Origin: Syntrophomonadaceae bacterium
Lineage (GTDB): Bacteria; Bacillota; Dethiobacteria; DTU022
Direction of reading: 5' to 3'
Length of the DNA: 64,000 bases
Assembly (NCBI GenBank): GCA_007130585.1
Contig: SLSE01000030.1
Span: 4,267-68,266, forward strand
In this document: positions 1-10,100 of the stretch, piece by piece
How the letters are laid out: every line of letters starts with the position of its first letter
How positions within the stretch are numbered: position 1 is the first letter of the stretch
Made by a program: the position numbers and the translations under genes
The notes under the pieces: model-generated
Databases searched by the model: none
Seen by the model: only the letters and a program-made list of their open reading frames with translations
What the model was told of the DNA's origin: nothing

Positions 1-1391
1 CTCCCGCTCCTTCCTCCCCGAACAGGTTATGAACAATTTTTTCCATTTGCATGCCCCGTGAGCCTTTAACCATCACATACCAGTTTTCTCCCAGGGGCAG
101 TTTTTTCAAGACTGCAAGGGCTTCGTCATGGTCACTGCAGGGATAACTTTTTAAACCGGCAGACTCTGCTTCTGCGGCTGCGTGACGGGCCATTTCCCCT
201 ACTGTGACCAGGTAACCTATCCCGAGGCCGGCGGCATGACGGCCCACAGCAACGTGCGCTTCCCGGGAAGCGGGGCCCAGTTCCAGCATGTCTCCCAGGA
301 CGGCGACTGTTTCAGATCCGCCCATGTCGGAAAGCACATTTAATGCTGCCCGCACGGAATCGGGATTGGCGTTATAGGTATCATCGATAATGTTCAGGCC
401 CTGCTTAGTGCGCATAACCTGGAGCCGCCCTGCCGTGGCTTCGCTCGAGCGAAGTCCTTTTTCCATCTCCGGCAGGGTCAACCCAAGGATATATCCGACG
501 GTAAGAGCCGCCAGGGCGTTGCCGACTGACTCCCGTCCGGGAAGGGGCGATTCAAACATCCCCTCCGATTTATCAGGAAAACGCACCCGGAAAAAGCTTT
601 TTTCTCCCCTTAGAGACAACTTTAAGCCTTTTATATCGCCCTGGTTAAAGCCATAACAATATGCTTTCCCCGGGTAGCGTTTTCTGATTTCAAGGAGGCG
701 GGGATCATCGCCGTTTAAAACGGCTACCCCGCCTGAGCCGAGGTAATCTAACAGTTCGCCTTTCGCCTCTGCAATAGCCTCGATCGAGCCAAGCTGTTCA
801 ATATGAGCTTCGCCTATGTTGGTTATAACCCCGATCGAAGGGTCGGCTATCTCGCAAAGGGTTGTTATTTCACCGCGGGCGCTCATCCCCATCTCGAGTA
901 CGGCAGCCCGGTGGTGTTTTTCCAACTGCAATATGGTCAGCGGCAGCCCGATTTCATTGTTCAGGTTACCGGTTGTTTTCAAAACGTCGTATTTTGCCGA
1001 CAAAACACCTGCTGTAAAATCTTTGGTTGTGGTCTTTCCGCTGCTTCCGGTTATCCCGATTACCGGCAGTTCAAATCTTTTCCTGTATTCTGCGGCCAGC
1101 TGCTGAAGGGCGCTGAGTGAATCGTCGACGCCGACCAGGAGGAAACCGGGCGGGATTTCAGGGTCGGGTGTTTTGCTCCGGTGGTGAAAAGCGCCGACCG
1201 CGCCTGCTTTTACAGCCCCGGCTATGAAGAGATGGCCGTCGGTATGCTCGCCTTCAAAAGGAATGAAAAAATCCCCGGGCCGGGCCTGCCGCGAATCAAT
1301 AGCGAACCCGGTAACCTGCTGCCCGGGATTACCCTGTAGCAAATTGCCCCGGCAAGCTTCGATTATTTCATGCCCCGTTAGCTTCACACCC
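1..1391 (-). CDS. murF: UDP-N-acetylmuramoyl-tripeptide--D-alanyl-D-alanine ligase MurF; C-terminus runs off the window edge
   Basis: Reverse-complement translation from GTG at 1391 (SD AAGGAGAG at 1393-1400; alternative ATG at 1411 overlapping the ftsI stop as TAATG) gives VKLTGHEIIEACRGNLLQG...FFIPFEGEHTDGH...VGVDDSLSALQQLAAEYRK..VIGITGSSGKTTTKD. This is the MurF-type N-domain plus the GSSGKTTTK Mur-ligase P-loop. The ORF has no stop inside the window, so it is absent from the ORF track. Confidence 0.8.
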
Positions 1392-1410
1392 GCACTCTCC
1401 TTCGTCAGCA

Positions 1411-3141
1411 TTAAATTTCTTCTTCCGGCGGTGAGAACCCGGATGGGTTCACCCGCAGGTAATTCAGGGTATCTTCCATAATATTTTTAAAAAGCGGGGC
1501 GCTCGTGTGAACACCCAGGCGGGGGCCCCTGGTAACCCCGTCTACCGCCACGTACAGCACCAGGCGGGGATCCTCAACCGGGGCAAATCCCACCAGCGAG
1601 TAAATAAAGTCATTGCCGCCGTAATTTCCGTCGGAATCAATTTTTTCTGCCGTACCCGTCTTCCCGGCAATCCGGTAAATATCTGATGCGGCTGCATAAC
1701 CCGTGCCGTCCAAAACAACGCTCTCCATTAATTCGATCAGCATTTCCGACGTTTCCCGGGAGATAACCTGCCTTAGCTCTTCAGGTTCCCGGGCGTATAA
1801 GGCCCCGCCTTCCCGGTCCCTGATTTCTTCAACCAGGTAAGGCCTGTATAAATAACCGCCGTTAATCATGGCCGTAATTGCCATAACCTGCTGAATCGGG
1901 GTAACCGACACGCCCTGCCCGAAAGTGGTAGTGGCCAATTCAAGAGAACCTACCGCATCAGGGTGAAAAATCATACCGCTTCCTTCTCCCGGGTAATCGA
2001 TGCCGGTTGGCCTGCCAAAACCGAAGGCATCGATATAGCGGAACAGTTTTTCTTTGCCCAGGCGCCGGCCCAGTTCGATAAAAGCGGGGTTGCAGGACCC
2101 GCCGACCGATTGAAAGTAAGTCAGGTCGCCGTGCCCGCCCCGGTCGGCTGTCCAGCAGTTAATCCTTGTCCCGTCAACAACAGTGTACCCCGGGCAGTGA
2201 TAGTGTTCATCAGGATTGAATAGTCCTTCTTCGATTACCGCGGCCAGTGTTATCATCTTAAAAGTGGATCCCGGTTCGAAAGATGATGTGAACGGAGCCA
2301 GGGCCCAGCTTTCGGGATCGTAGGTATCATACCTGTCCGGATTGTAGTCCGGCCTGGAAGCCGCCGCCAAAACCGCCCCGGTCCGGGGATCCACGGCCAG
2401 GGCCATGGCCTGTTTCGGCGCTGCCTCCTGCATAACCCGGTTCAGCTCCTTTTCAACAATATGCTGAATTGACTCGTCCACGGTAAGGTGCAGGTCGTAT
2501 CCCCGGGGAGGCACCGTATAGCGGCTGAAGTTATGGGGCAGCTGTTTGCCTCTCCCGTCGGCAGGATAAAGCATTCTCCCTTCACTGCCGCTCAGGTAAT
2601 GCTCATAATATGTTTCCAGCCCCGCCCAGCCCTGGTCCATGCCAACAAAGCCCAGTAACTGAGAAGCGAGGCTTTCTCCGGGATAGTAGCGTTTTTCTTC
2701 GGTGAAAAAAACTATACCGGGAATTTTCATTTCTCTTACCGCCTCGGAAACTTCAGGTTCAACCTTACGCTTTATATAAACAGCGCTGCGCTCCAACGTT
2801 ATGAGCTCGTAAATTTTATGGCTGTCCATTTCCAGGACCGGGGCCAGCGCTCCGGCTACATTCTGCGGGTTGTCAATCTGCGGAGGGATGGCTGCCACCG
2901 TAGAAACTGCATTGCTTCCCGCCAGAAGCCTTCCGCTGCTGTCATATATAGAACCCCGGCCGGTACTGATCGGCATGTTATGGTTCCACTGTTCCCAGGC
3001 CTGTTCGTAAAGCTCATCAGCCATAACAATCTGGATCCAGGCTAACCGGCTTACCAGCAGCAGAGTTACCAGCACGGTTATGGCGAAGATAAAAATAAGC
3101 CTTTTTCTTACGATAGCCCTGGTTACAGGAAATTCAGCCAC
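1411..3141 (-). CDS. ftsI: class B penicillin-binding protein (FtsI/SpoVD-type transpeptidase)
   Basis: 576 aa with an N-terminal TM helix, a PBP dimerisation domain, and the transpeptidase motifs SXXK (GSTFK), SXN (GSCN) and KTG (AGKTGT). It sits between ftsL and murF in the dcw cluster. Confidence 0.9.
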   Translation of the reverse strand: MAEFPVTRAIVRKRLIFIFAITVLVTLLLVSRLAWIQIVMADELYEQAWEQWNHNMPISTGRGSIYDSSGRLLAGSNAVSTVAAIPPQIDNPQNVAGALAPVLEMDSHKIYELITLERSAVYIKRKVEPEVSEAVREMKIPGIVFFTEEKRYYPGESLASQLLGFVGMDQGWAGLETYYEHYLSGSEGRMLYPADGRGKQLPHNFSRYTVPPRGYDLHLTVDESIQHIVEKELNRVMQEAAPKQAMALAVDPRTGAVLAAASRPDYNPDRYDTYDPESWALAPFTSSFEPGSTFKMITLAAVIEEGLFNPDEHYHCPGYTVVDGTRINCWTADRGGHGDLTYFQSVGGSCNPAFIELGRRLGKEKLFRYIDAFGFGRPTGIDYPGEGSGMIFHPDAVGSLELATTTFGQGVSVTPIQQVMAITAMINGGYLYRPYLVEEIRDREGGALYAREPEELRQVISRETSEMLIELMESVVLDGTGYAAASDIYRIAGKTGTAEKIDSDGNYGGNDFIYSLVGFAPVEDPRLVLYVAVDGVTRGPRLGVHTSAPLFKNIMEDTLNYLRVNPSGFSPPEEEI

Positions 3142-3146
3142 TTAAT

Positions 3147-3545
3147 TCACTCCCCCAGACGGTTAACAGTTCTCCTGCCGGCGGTAACAACCCTGACCTG
3201 ATCAACGCCGGGCTCAACCATGCCCAGTTCTTCGCGGGCGATATGTTCGATACGGCTGATTGAGCCAAAACGGGCCGCTTCAAATTCCAGTTCGCGGGTT
3301 ATTTCCTGCATAGCCGCCACTTCGGCCCGGACACCGCTCAGACGGTAGTTATATATCACCAGTGATGAGTACTGCCCGACTACGGCCAGGCTGAGCGCAA
3401 AACATGTAATCAGGATAACTATAAACTTAAACTTTCTTAACCCGGACCCCGGCTGCGGATATACAGCCGGCTGCCTGACCGGCTGGGGCAATGAGGTCAG
3501 GCGATTGGACCTGGGTAATTTTCTGGCCTGTTGCATATTACTCAC
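3147..3545 (-). CDS. ftsL: cell division protein FtsL-like (septum formation initiator)
   Basis: 132 aa with a single TM helix (FKFIVILITCFALSLAVVGQY) followed by a coiled-coil segment. It occupies the conserved position between rsmH and ftsI. Confidence 0.6.
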   Translation of the reverse strand: MSNMQQARKLPRSNRLTSLPQPVRQPAVYPQPGSGLRKFKFIVILITCFALSLAVVGQYSSLVIYNYRLSGVRAEVAAMQEITRELEFEAARFGSISRIEHIAREELGMVEPGVDQVRVVTAGRRTVNRLGE

Positions 3546-3561
3546 CTCTTCCTGCTCTGCT

Positions 3562-4509
3562 TTATAATTTTTCGGCAGCTCTCAGCCGGGCACTGCGGGC
3601 CCGCGGATTGCTGTTTATTTCTTTTTGACCAGGCTTGACTGCTTTGCCGGTCAATATTTTCAGGTCCGCCTGCTGCCCGCAAATACAGGGTAAATTGGGG
3701 GGACAGCTGCAGCGGCCCGTTTTTCCCCTGAAAAACTCTTTCACCAGGCGGTCTTCCAGTGAATGGTAGGCAATTATTATGAGTCTGCCGCCCCGGGCAA
3801 GGGATTCGGCCGCCTGCGGCAGTACTTCTGTAATATTTTCCAGCTCCCTGTTTACTTCAAGACGTAAAGCCTGAAATACCCGGCGGGCCGGATGGCCCCC
3901 CTGGCGCCTGTAGCGGGCCGGAATAGCGTTCTTTACTATTTCGGCCAGTTCCCGGCTGCTTTCAATTGCCCCTTTCCGGTCTCGTTCCCGGACAATATTC
4001 TCGGCTATACGCCTCGACCAGCGTTCTTCGCCGAAGCGGAAAAAGATTTCCGTCAGCTGTTCGGCTGTATAACGGTTTATAATATCTTCGGCTGTCAAAG
4101 AGCGGCGGCGGTCCATTCGCATATCCAGGCCGCCTTCATGATGGAAAGAGAATCCCCGTTCTGCTGCCATTAGCTGCAGGGTTGAAGCCCCCAGGTCAAT
4201 TAAGATTCCGTTAACCCGGGAATAACCCGCTTTTCTGAGGATCTCTTCCATCCCTGTATAGTCGGCGCGGACCAGAATCAGGCGGTCTGCGTAATCTTTC
4301 AATCTTGATTGCGCCCGTTCCAGGGCGTCTGCATCCCAGTCTATCCCGATCAAGCGGCCCTCTCCGGAAAGGTTCTTCAATATTGCTTCCGCGTGCCCGC
4401 CATCCCCGAGTGTGGCGTCGACGTAAACGCCGTCCGGGCGGCAGTCGAGATAATTAAGCACTTCTTTTTCCATAACGGGCAGGTGCAGATCAACCACGCT
4501 CAACACCAC
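3562..4509 (-). CDS. rsmH: 16S rRNA (cytosine1402-N4)-methyltransferase RsmH/MraW
   Basis: The N-terminus HLPVMEKEVLNYLDCRPDGVYVDATLGDGGHAEAIL matches the RsmH SAM-binding region. Position is dcw-cluster typical. Confidence 0.9.
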   Translation of the reverse strand: MVLSVVDLHLPVMEKEVLNYLDCRPDGVYVDATLGDGGHAEAILKNLSGEGRLIGIDWDADALERAQSRLKDYADRLILVRADYTGMEEILRKAGYSRVNGILIDLGASTLQLMAAERGFSFHHEGGLDMRMDRRRSLTAEDIINRYTAEQLTEIFFRFGEERWSRRIAENIVRERDRKGAIESSRELAEIVKNAIPARYRRQGGHPARRVFQALRLEVNRELENITEVLPQAAESLARGGRLIIIAYHSLEDRLVKEFFRGKTGRCSCPPNLPCICGQQADLKILTGKAVKPGQKEINSNPRARSARLRAAEKL

Positions 4510-4511
4510 TT

Positions 4512-4943
4512 TTAAAGATCAAAGTCCACCAGCTTTTCGGCAAGTTCTTCGTAATTTTCGTTGGCTTCACTGAAATAATCTTTCCAGGCCGCTTCATTCC
4601 ATATTTCAACCCGGTTCGAAACGCCGATAATCATAACATCTTTATCAATGCGGGCATATTCCCGCAGGTTCTGGGGAATCAGAACACGGCCCTGCTTATC
4701 AGTTTCGACTTCCATCGCTCCGGAAAAAAACATGCGCGTAAAAGCGCGGGAATCACTTTTCGTAAAGGGAAGCTGTTTCAGCTTTTGCTCCAGGCGAACC
4801 CATTCGGAATTCGGGTAGACAAACAGGCACTGATCCAGGCCGCGGGTAACCACAAAACTATCCCCCAAGCCATCGCGCAGGCGCGAGGGAATGATCACCC
4901 TGCCTTTCCCATCCAAAGTATGCTGGTATTCGCCTGTAAACAT
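4512..4943 (-). CDS. mraZ: transcriptional regulator MraZ
   Basis: [27 protein letters not shown] with a duplicated MraZ fold. Start is placed at ATG 4943, which has SD GGAGG (the ORF-track M at 4976 lacks an SD). Confidence 0.9.
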   Translation of the reverse strand: MFTGEYQHTLDGKGRVIIPSRLRDGLGDSFVVTRGLDQCLFVYPNSEWVRLEQKLKQLPFTKSDSRAFTRMFFSGAMEVETDKQGRVLIPQNLREYARIDKDVMIIGVSNRVEIWNEAAWKDYFSEANENYEELAEKLVDFDL

Positions 4944-4971
4944 GTGTTCGCCTCCGTTTGGGGCATTTACA

Positions 4972-5000
4972 ACCACTTTTCACCACTTTACACCACTTTA
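4972..5000 (-). promoter_or_regulatory. three tandem 10-bp direct repeats (AAAGTGGTGT / AAAGTGGTGA / AAAGTGGTT read on minus strand), candidate MraZ operator
   Basis: Seen directly: + strand ACCACTTTT CACCACTTTA CACCACTTTA at 4972-5000, which is 29-57 nt upstream of the mraZ ATG. MraZ proteins are known to bind GTGG-containing direct repeats at 10-bp phasing in their own promoter. Confidence 0.6.
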
Positions 5001-5317
5001 CGTTATAATTCAACCCCTTTTCATGCATTCCTGCCTGTTTTTTTAAAAAAATATAAAAAAAAGAGGAAATTATGGATTAATTCCCTTCAACACTCCCATT
5101 ATTTTCCTGTATTTAAGATTACCAGCCACGCAATCCCGGACTGGCCGCATTTCGGTTAATAATCACCCGCAGGCCTCGCTGCCGGGCTCGGCCCGCTTTT
5201 TTCGGCCCCCGGGAATTAGCCGAATCCACGATCGCTTTCAGATTAACACTCCGGTGTACAGCATCAGATAAAGCAAGCAATTTCGGGGAGAGACCCAGAT
5301 CAAGGTTTATTTCAGTT

Positions 5318-6652
5318 TTAGCGGAGGTATTCGAGGAAAGCTGTCGCTATGACAAAGTAAATAAGCAGCCCGGTAACATCTTTTATGGTAGTGACAAACG
5401 GGCCGGCGGTTATTGCCGGATCAATATTGATCAGATTGCAGATCATCGGCACCAGGGTGCCGATCAGGGCAGCCACGCTGATTGTAGCCATCATGGAAAT
5501 ACCGACTACCAGGCCCAGGTAGATATTGCCCTGCCAGAAATAGGCAGTAACCGAGATCAGGACGCCGCAGAGAACTCCCATCACCAGGCCGATTTTAATT
5601 TCCCGGAACAGGTATGGCCACATTTCGTTGCTCTCTATCTCACCGGTGGCCAGGCCGCGGACAAATATGGTGGATGATTGGGTCCCCACGTTTCCCCCCA
5701 TGTCCATAAGCACGGGTATGAAAACGGCAAGCATAACTATTGCTTCGAGGGTGTTTTCAAAGACGCCGATTACACTTCCCGATAAAATACCCCCCGCCAG
5801 GCTGATGACCAGCCAGGGCAGCCGGAGGCGGACAACCTTGTTCACGGAAGCTTTGGTCAGCTCGACCCCTTCAACTTCACTGGCTCCGGCCAGGCGGTAA
5901 ATATCTTCCGTGGCCTCCTGTTCCATAACGTCCATAACATCATCCACGGTAATAATGCCGAGCAGCCTTTCCTGATCGTCCACTACCGGTACGGCAAGCA
6001 GGTCATACTTGGATACAATCCGGGCCACCTCTTCCTGGTCGAGCTCGGCGTTAACATTAATTACATTGGTACGCATAATACTTTCTATCAGCGTCCCATC
6101 GGAAGATGCGATCAGGTCGCGAAGCGAGACCACGCCGATCAGGCGGCCGTTCTCGTCAACCACATAAACATAGTAGATGGTTTCCGCTTCGGGGGCAATT
6201 TCCCTGAGGCGGTTAATGGCTTCTTCAACCGGTATGTCGGCGGGCAGGGAAATGAACTCGGTGGTCATGATTCCGCCGGCCGTGTCTTCCGGGTATTTCA
6301 TGAGATCACCGAAATCAACGGGGGCTTCTTCTTCGCTGACCAGATCAATTATCTGCCGGGCGTCTTCAGGCGAAAGCTCGCCCATCAGGTCGGCGGCATC
6401 ATCGGAAGGGAGGCTCCTTAGAACAGATTTAGTGCGTTCCTGTTCCAGGAAGGGCAGTATTTCAGCCTGCTCAAAATCTTCCATTTCATTAAATATGAGG
6501 GAAGCTTCTTCTGCGGGCAATCTGTGTATAAGGTCGACTTTTTCTTCAAGTTCGAGGTCTTCAAATAAATCGAGAAGGTCTCCCGGGTGGGTTCCCGCCT
6601 GCAGTTCCTGCCTGATCCGGTTATAGATTTGTTCGACAGTCAAAGCTCCCAC
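5318..6652 (-). CDS. mgtE: magnesium transporter MgtE
   Basis: 444 aa with an MgtE N-domain, tandem CBS domains (DENGRLIGVVSLRDLI) and a C-terminal 5-TM MgtE channel domain. Confidence 0.9.
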   Translation of the reverse strand: MGALTVEQIYNRIRQELQAGTHPGDLLDLFEDLELEEKVDLIHRLPAEEASLIFNEMEDFEQAEILPFLEQERTKSVLRSLPSDDAADLMGELSPEDARQIIDLVSEEEAPVDFGDLMKYPEDTAGGIMTTEFISLPADIPVEEAINRLREIAPEAETIYYVYVVDENGRLIGVVSLRDLIASSDGTLIESIMRTNVINVNAELDQEEVARIVSKYDLLAVPVVDDQERLLGIITVDDVMDVMEQEATEDIYRLAGASEVEGVELTKASVNKVVRLRLPWLVISLAGGILSGSVIGVFENTLEAIVMLAVFIPVLMDMGGNVGTQSSTIFVRGLATGEIESNEMWPYLFREIKIGLVMGVLCGVLISVTAYFWQGNIYLGLVVGISMMATISVAALIGTLVPMICNLINIDPAITAGPFVTTIKDVTGLLIYFVIATAFLEYLR

Positions 6653-7144
6653 CTCCCCTGATCAATTCAGGGATCTTTCCGTTCCGGTCCGGCCCTTATT
6701 ATTCGTTTTTCTTCAAGGAAGCCGTATGGCAGGCCGATTCTGCAAACACTTTATTATTATAGCACGCAGAAAAGCATTAAAAAACCCCGCTGTGCCGTGG
6801 GCCATGGTTTTGAACTGTTCCCCCGAAAGGTGGGTACCCTCTCAACTGTTTTGCAGGTCCTCTTTTCAAAGGCTGCTGCGCCGCAGAAGAAGTCCGGGTT
6901 CCCGTTGTAAAAGTGTTAGCTCAAAACTTATAGGTTGCCACGAACACCGCAGGGTATTGCAAATATTTGTTTCTATTTTCATTAAGATAATAGCACATTT
7001 GAGGGATTGGCGCAAGGTTTGGCAGAGACGATCCTGCTTCTTAACTCCGTTATTTTCTTCCTCCTAAACCTTTCCCGGGAAGCAACTGTTTTAACAGGGG
7101 CGCCGGAGCCCGGGTTGTGCCTGTAAGCGCTTTACAACCCGTAG

Positions 7145-7180
7145 AAAAACAGGGGCTGTTTAAAAACAGCCCCTCTTTCC
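7145..7180. terminator. rho-independent terminator downstream of hisS-aspS
   Basis: The hairpin AGGGGCTGT-TTAAAA-ACAGCCCCT (7151-7174) is flanked by an A-run 5' and T-rich sequence 3' on the + strand. Read on the minus strand it is followed by UUUUUCU. Confidence 0.6.
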
Positions 7181-7196
7181 GGCTAAGCGTTAATAT

Positions 7197-10100
7197 CTAC
7201 TCCTCTTCTTCCCTTTTTTGCAGTTCAATTTTAAGCTCATCGAGCTGTCCGCCGTCAACGGAAGCGGGAGCGCCGGTCATCAGGCAGCTGGCTGCCGCCG
7301 TTTTCGGAAAAGGTATAACCTGGCGGATTGAATCGTCCCCTGCGAGCAGGGCAACCAGGCGGTCCAAACCGAGGGCAATCCCGCCATGAGGGGGAGCGCC
7401 AAAGGAGAGAGCTTCCAGCAAAAAGCCGAATTTTTCAATGCTTTCTTCTTCCGATAAGCCCAGCAGCTTAAATATTTCGGCCTGGGTTGCGCTGTCGTGG
7501 ATACGGGTACTCCCTCCGCCTATCTCCACTCCGTCGAGCACAAGATCGTAGGCCTGGGCCCGCACGGCAAGGGGATCGCTTTGCAGGACAGGCATATCTT
7601 CCACCCTGGGCGCAGTAAAAGGATGGTGATCGGAGTCGTAGCGCCGTTCATCTTCGTTATAGTGGAAGAGCGGGAAATCCACAACCCAGAGAAAATGCGG
7701 GTCGGCTGAGATATCTTCCGGAGCCAGGTGACGGCGCAGGTGGCCCAAAACCTGGCAGGTTGTCTCCCACCTGTCGGCTACAAAGAGCAAAACATCGCCC
7801 GGCTGCGCTTCCATCCGATTATTAATATCCCCGATCAGCTGTTCGCTGAAAAACTTGCTGATTGGAGAGCGCCAGCTGTTTTCTTCGACAAAAACCCAGG
7901 CCAGGCCGCTGGCGCCAAGCTGGCGGGCCAGCAGCGTGAGATCATCGAGGTCTTTGCGGCTCATCCTGCCGCCGCCTTTTACACGCAGGCCCTTAACCGA
8001 ACCTCCGGTCTCAAGGGCTGATTTGAAAACTTTGAAATCGCTGGTTCCGGCCAGGTCATCAAGATCGAGCAGCTCCATACCGAACCGCAAATCCGGTTTA
8101 TCTGACCCGAAGCGGTTCATGGCTTCCCGGTAAGGCATGCGCAGGAAAGGCCGTTTGATTTCAATGCCGTGAATCTCTTTCCAGAGCAGGGCAACCAGCC
8201 CTTCCAAAAGGGCAAAAAGGTTTTCCGGGCCGAAAAATGAAGTTTCGATATCAACCTGGGTAAACTCCGGCTGGCGGTCCGCCCTGAGGTCTTCGTCACG
8301 GAAGCAGCGCACGATCTGGAAGTAGCGCTCGACGCCGCTAACCATGAGCAGCTGCTTGAACAGCTGTGGCGATTGGGGAAGGGCGTAGAATGAACCGGGA
8401 TGCTGGCGGCTGGGCACCAGGAAATCCCTGGCCCCTTCCGGAGTGCTGCGGGTCAGCATGGGCGTTTCAATTTCCATGAAATCATAACGATCCATGTAGT
8501 CACGGATTAATTTAACAGCCCTGTGGCGCAACTGCAGCCGGCCAAGCATTTCGGGGCGCCTTAGATCAAGGTAACGGTAACGCAGACGGAGGTTTTCATC
8601 AACATTTGTATTATCTTCTATATAGAAAGGAGGAGTCCTGGAAGTATTTAAAACCTCCATACCGTCGACACGCACCTCAACCCGGCCCGTAGGCAGGGCA
8701 GGGTTAATATTTTCGTCCGACCGCCTGACAACCTCGCCTTCCACGGAAACGACATATTCGCTGCGCAGGTTTTCAGCTTCATTAAAAAGGCCGGAGCCAA
8801 GCTGCTGATCGAAAACCAGCTGCACTACTCCGCTGCGGTCTCTCAGATCAATGAAGATCAGGCCGCCGTGGTCGCGCCGTTTGCCTACCCAGCCGGCCAG
8901 CTTAACCCGGCTTTTGATATAATCGGCATCGAGAACGCCGCAGTAGTGAGTTTTCCTGTCGGGGGCACCCAGGGGCGGCAGGGTAACCTCAGCCGTGGCG
9001 GGAGCGGTAACCGCTTCCGTTTCCGGGGGGCAGTCTTCGAGGATGAGTTCAAAGATTGCCTCACGCACCACTTCCTGCTGCTGACCACTTTCCATGTTAC
9101 GCAGGGTAACAACGCCGCGGGAAATTTCATCTTCCCCGATGATGGCTACATACCTGTAACCCTGCCGGCCGGCATATTTCATCTGGGCTTTCAGGCTGCG
9201 CTCCATCATCTCCGTTTCGGCAGCAATGCCCTTTTCCCGCAGTTCGGAAGCAAGCAGAAGAGCTTCACCTTCAAGTCCGCTGCCCGCCGGGGCGATGTAT
9301 ACCGATGTTAAAGGTTCGGGCATCTGCCTGCTCCAATCCATGGTCAGGAGAATTCTTTCCACACCGAAGGCAACCCCTACTCCCGGGGTGGGAGGCCCGC
9401 CGCAATGCTCCACAAGGTGATCGTAGCGGCCTCCTCCGCATAGCGACGCCTGGGAACCCGAAGCCCCGGCCGTAATTTCAAAAGCCGTGCGGGTATAGTA
9501 ATCGAGGCCCCTGACCAGGCGGCTGTTCAGGTTGTAAGGTATTTCAAGCCTGTCCAGCAGCCTTCTGACTGCGGCAAAGTGCCGGTCGCAGTCGGGGCAC
9601 AGGTAATCAGTCATCCTGGGTGCCGCCTCTATAGCGGCCTGGCAGCTTTCCGCCTTACAGTCGAGGACGCGCATCGGGTTGTTCCTGTAGCGTTTAACAC
9701 ATTCTTTACAGAGATCTGCCCCGGCATTTTCAAGATAAGGCACCAGAACTTCCCGGAACTGCGGCCGGCAAACCGGGCATCCCACACTGTTCAGTTCAAT
9801 AGAGAGGTTTTCCAGCTGCAGCGAACGAAAAAACCTGTAGCAAAAAGAGATGATTTCCGTATCGGCGGCAGCATGGGCCGCCCCGAATATTTCAAGCCCA
9901 AACTGGTTAAACTGACGGTAACGGCCGGCCTGGGGGCGATCGTAGCGAAACATGGGGCCGATATAATAAAGCTTAACCGGTTGGGGTTGTTCTTTCAGGT
10001 TGTGTTCAAGGTAAGCCCGCGCAACAGCAGCGGTCAGTTCCGGGCGGAGGGTTAAGTCGCGCCCGCTGCGATCCTTGAAGGTATACATTTCCTTTGAAAC

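Noticed and set aside
6726-7067. 113-aa + strand ORF in the mgtE leader
   Set aside because: Arg/Ser-rich low-complexity translation with no SD. The region is better explained as a noncoding leader.
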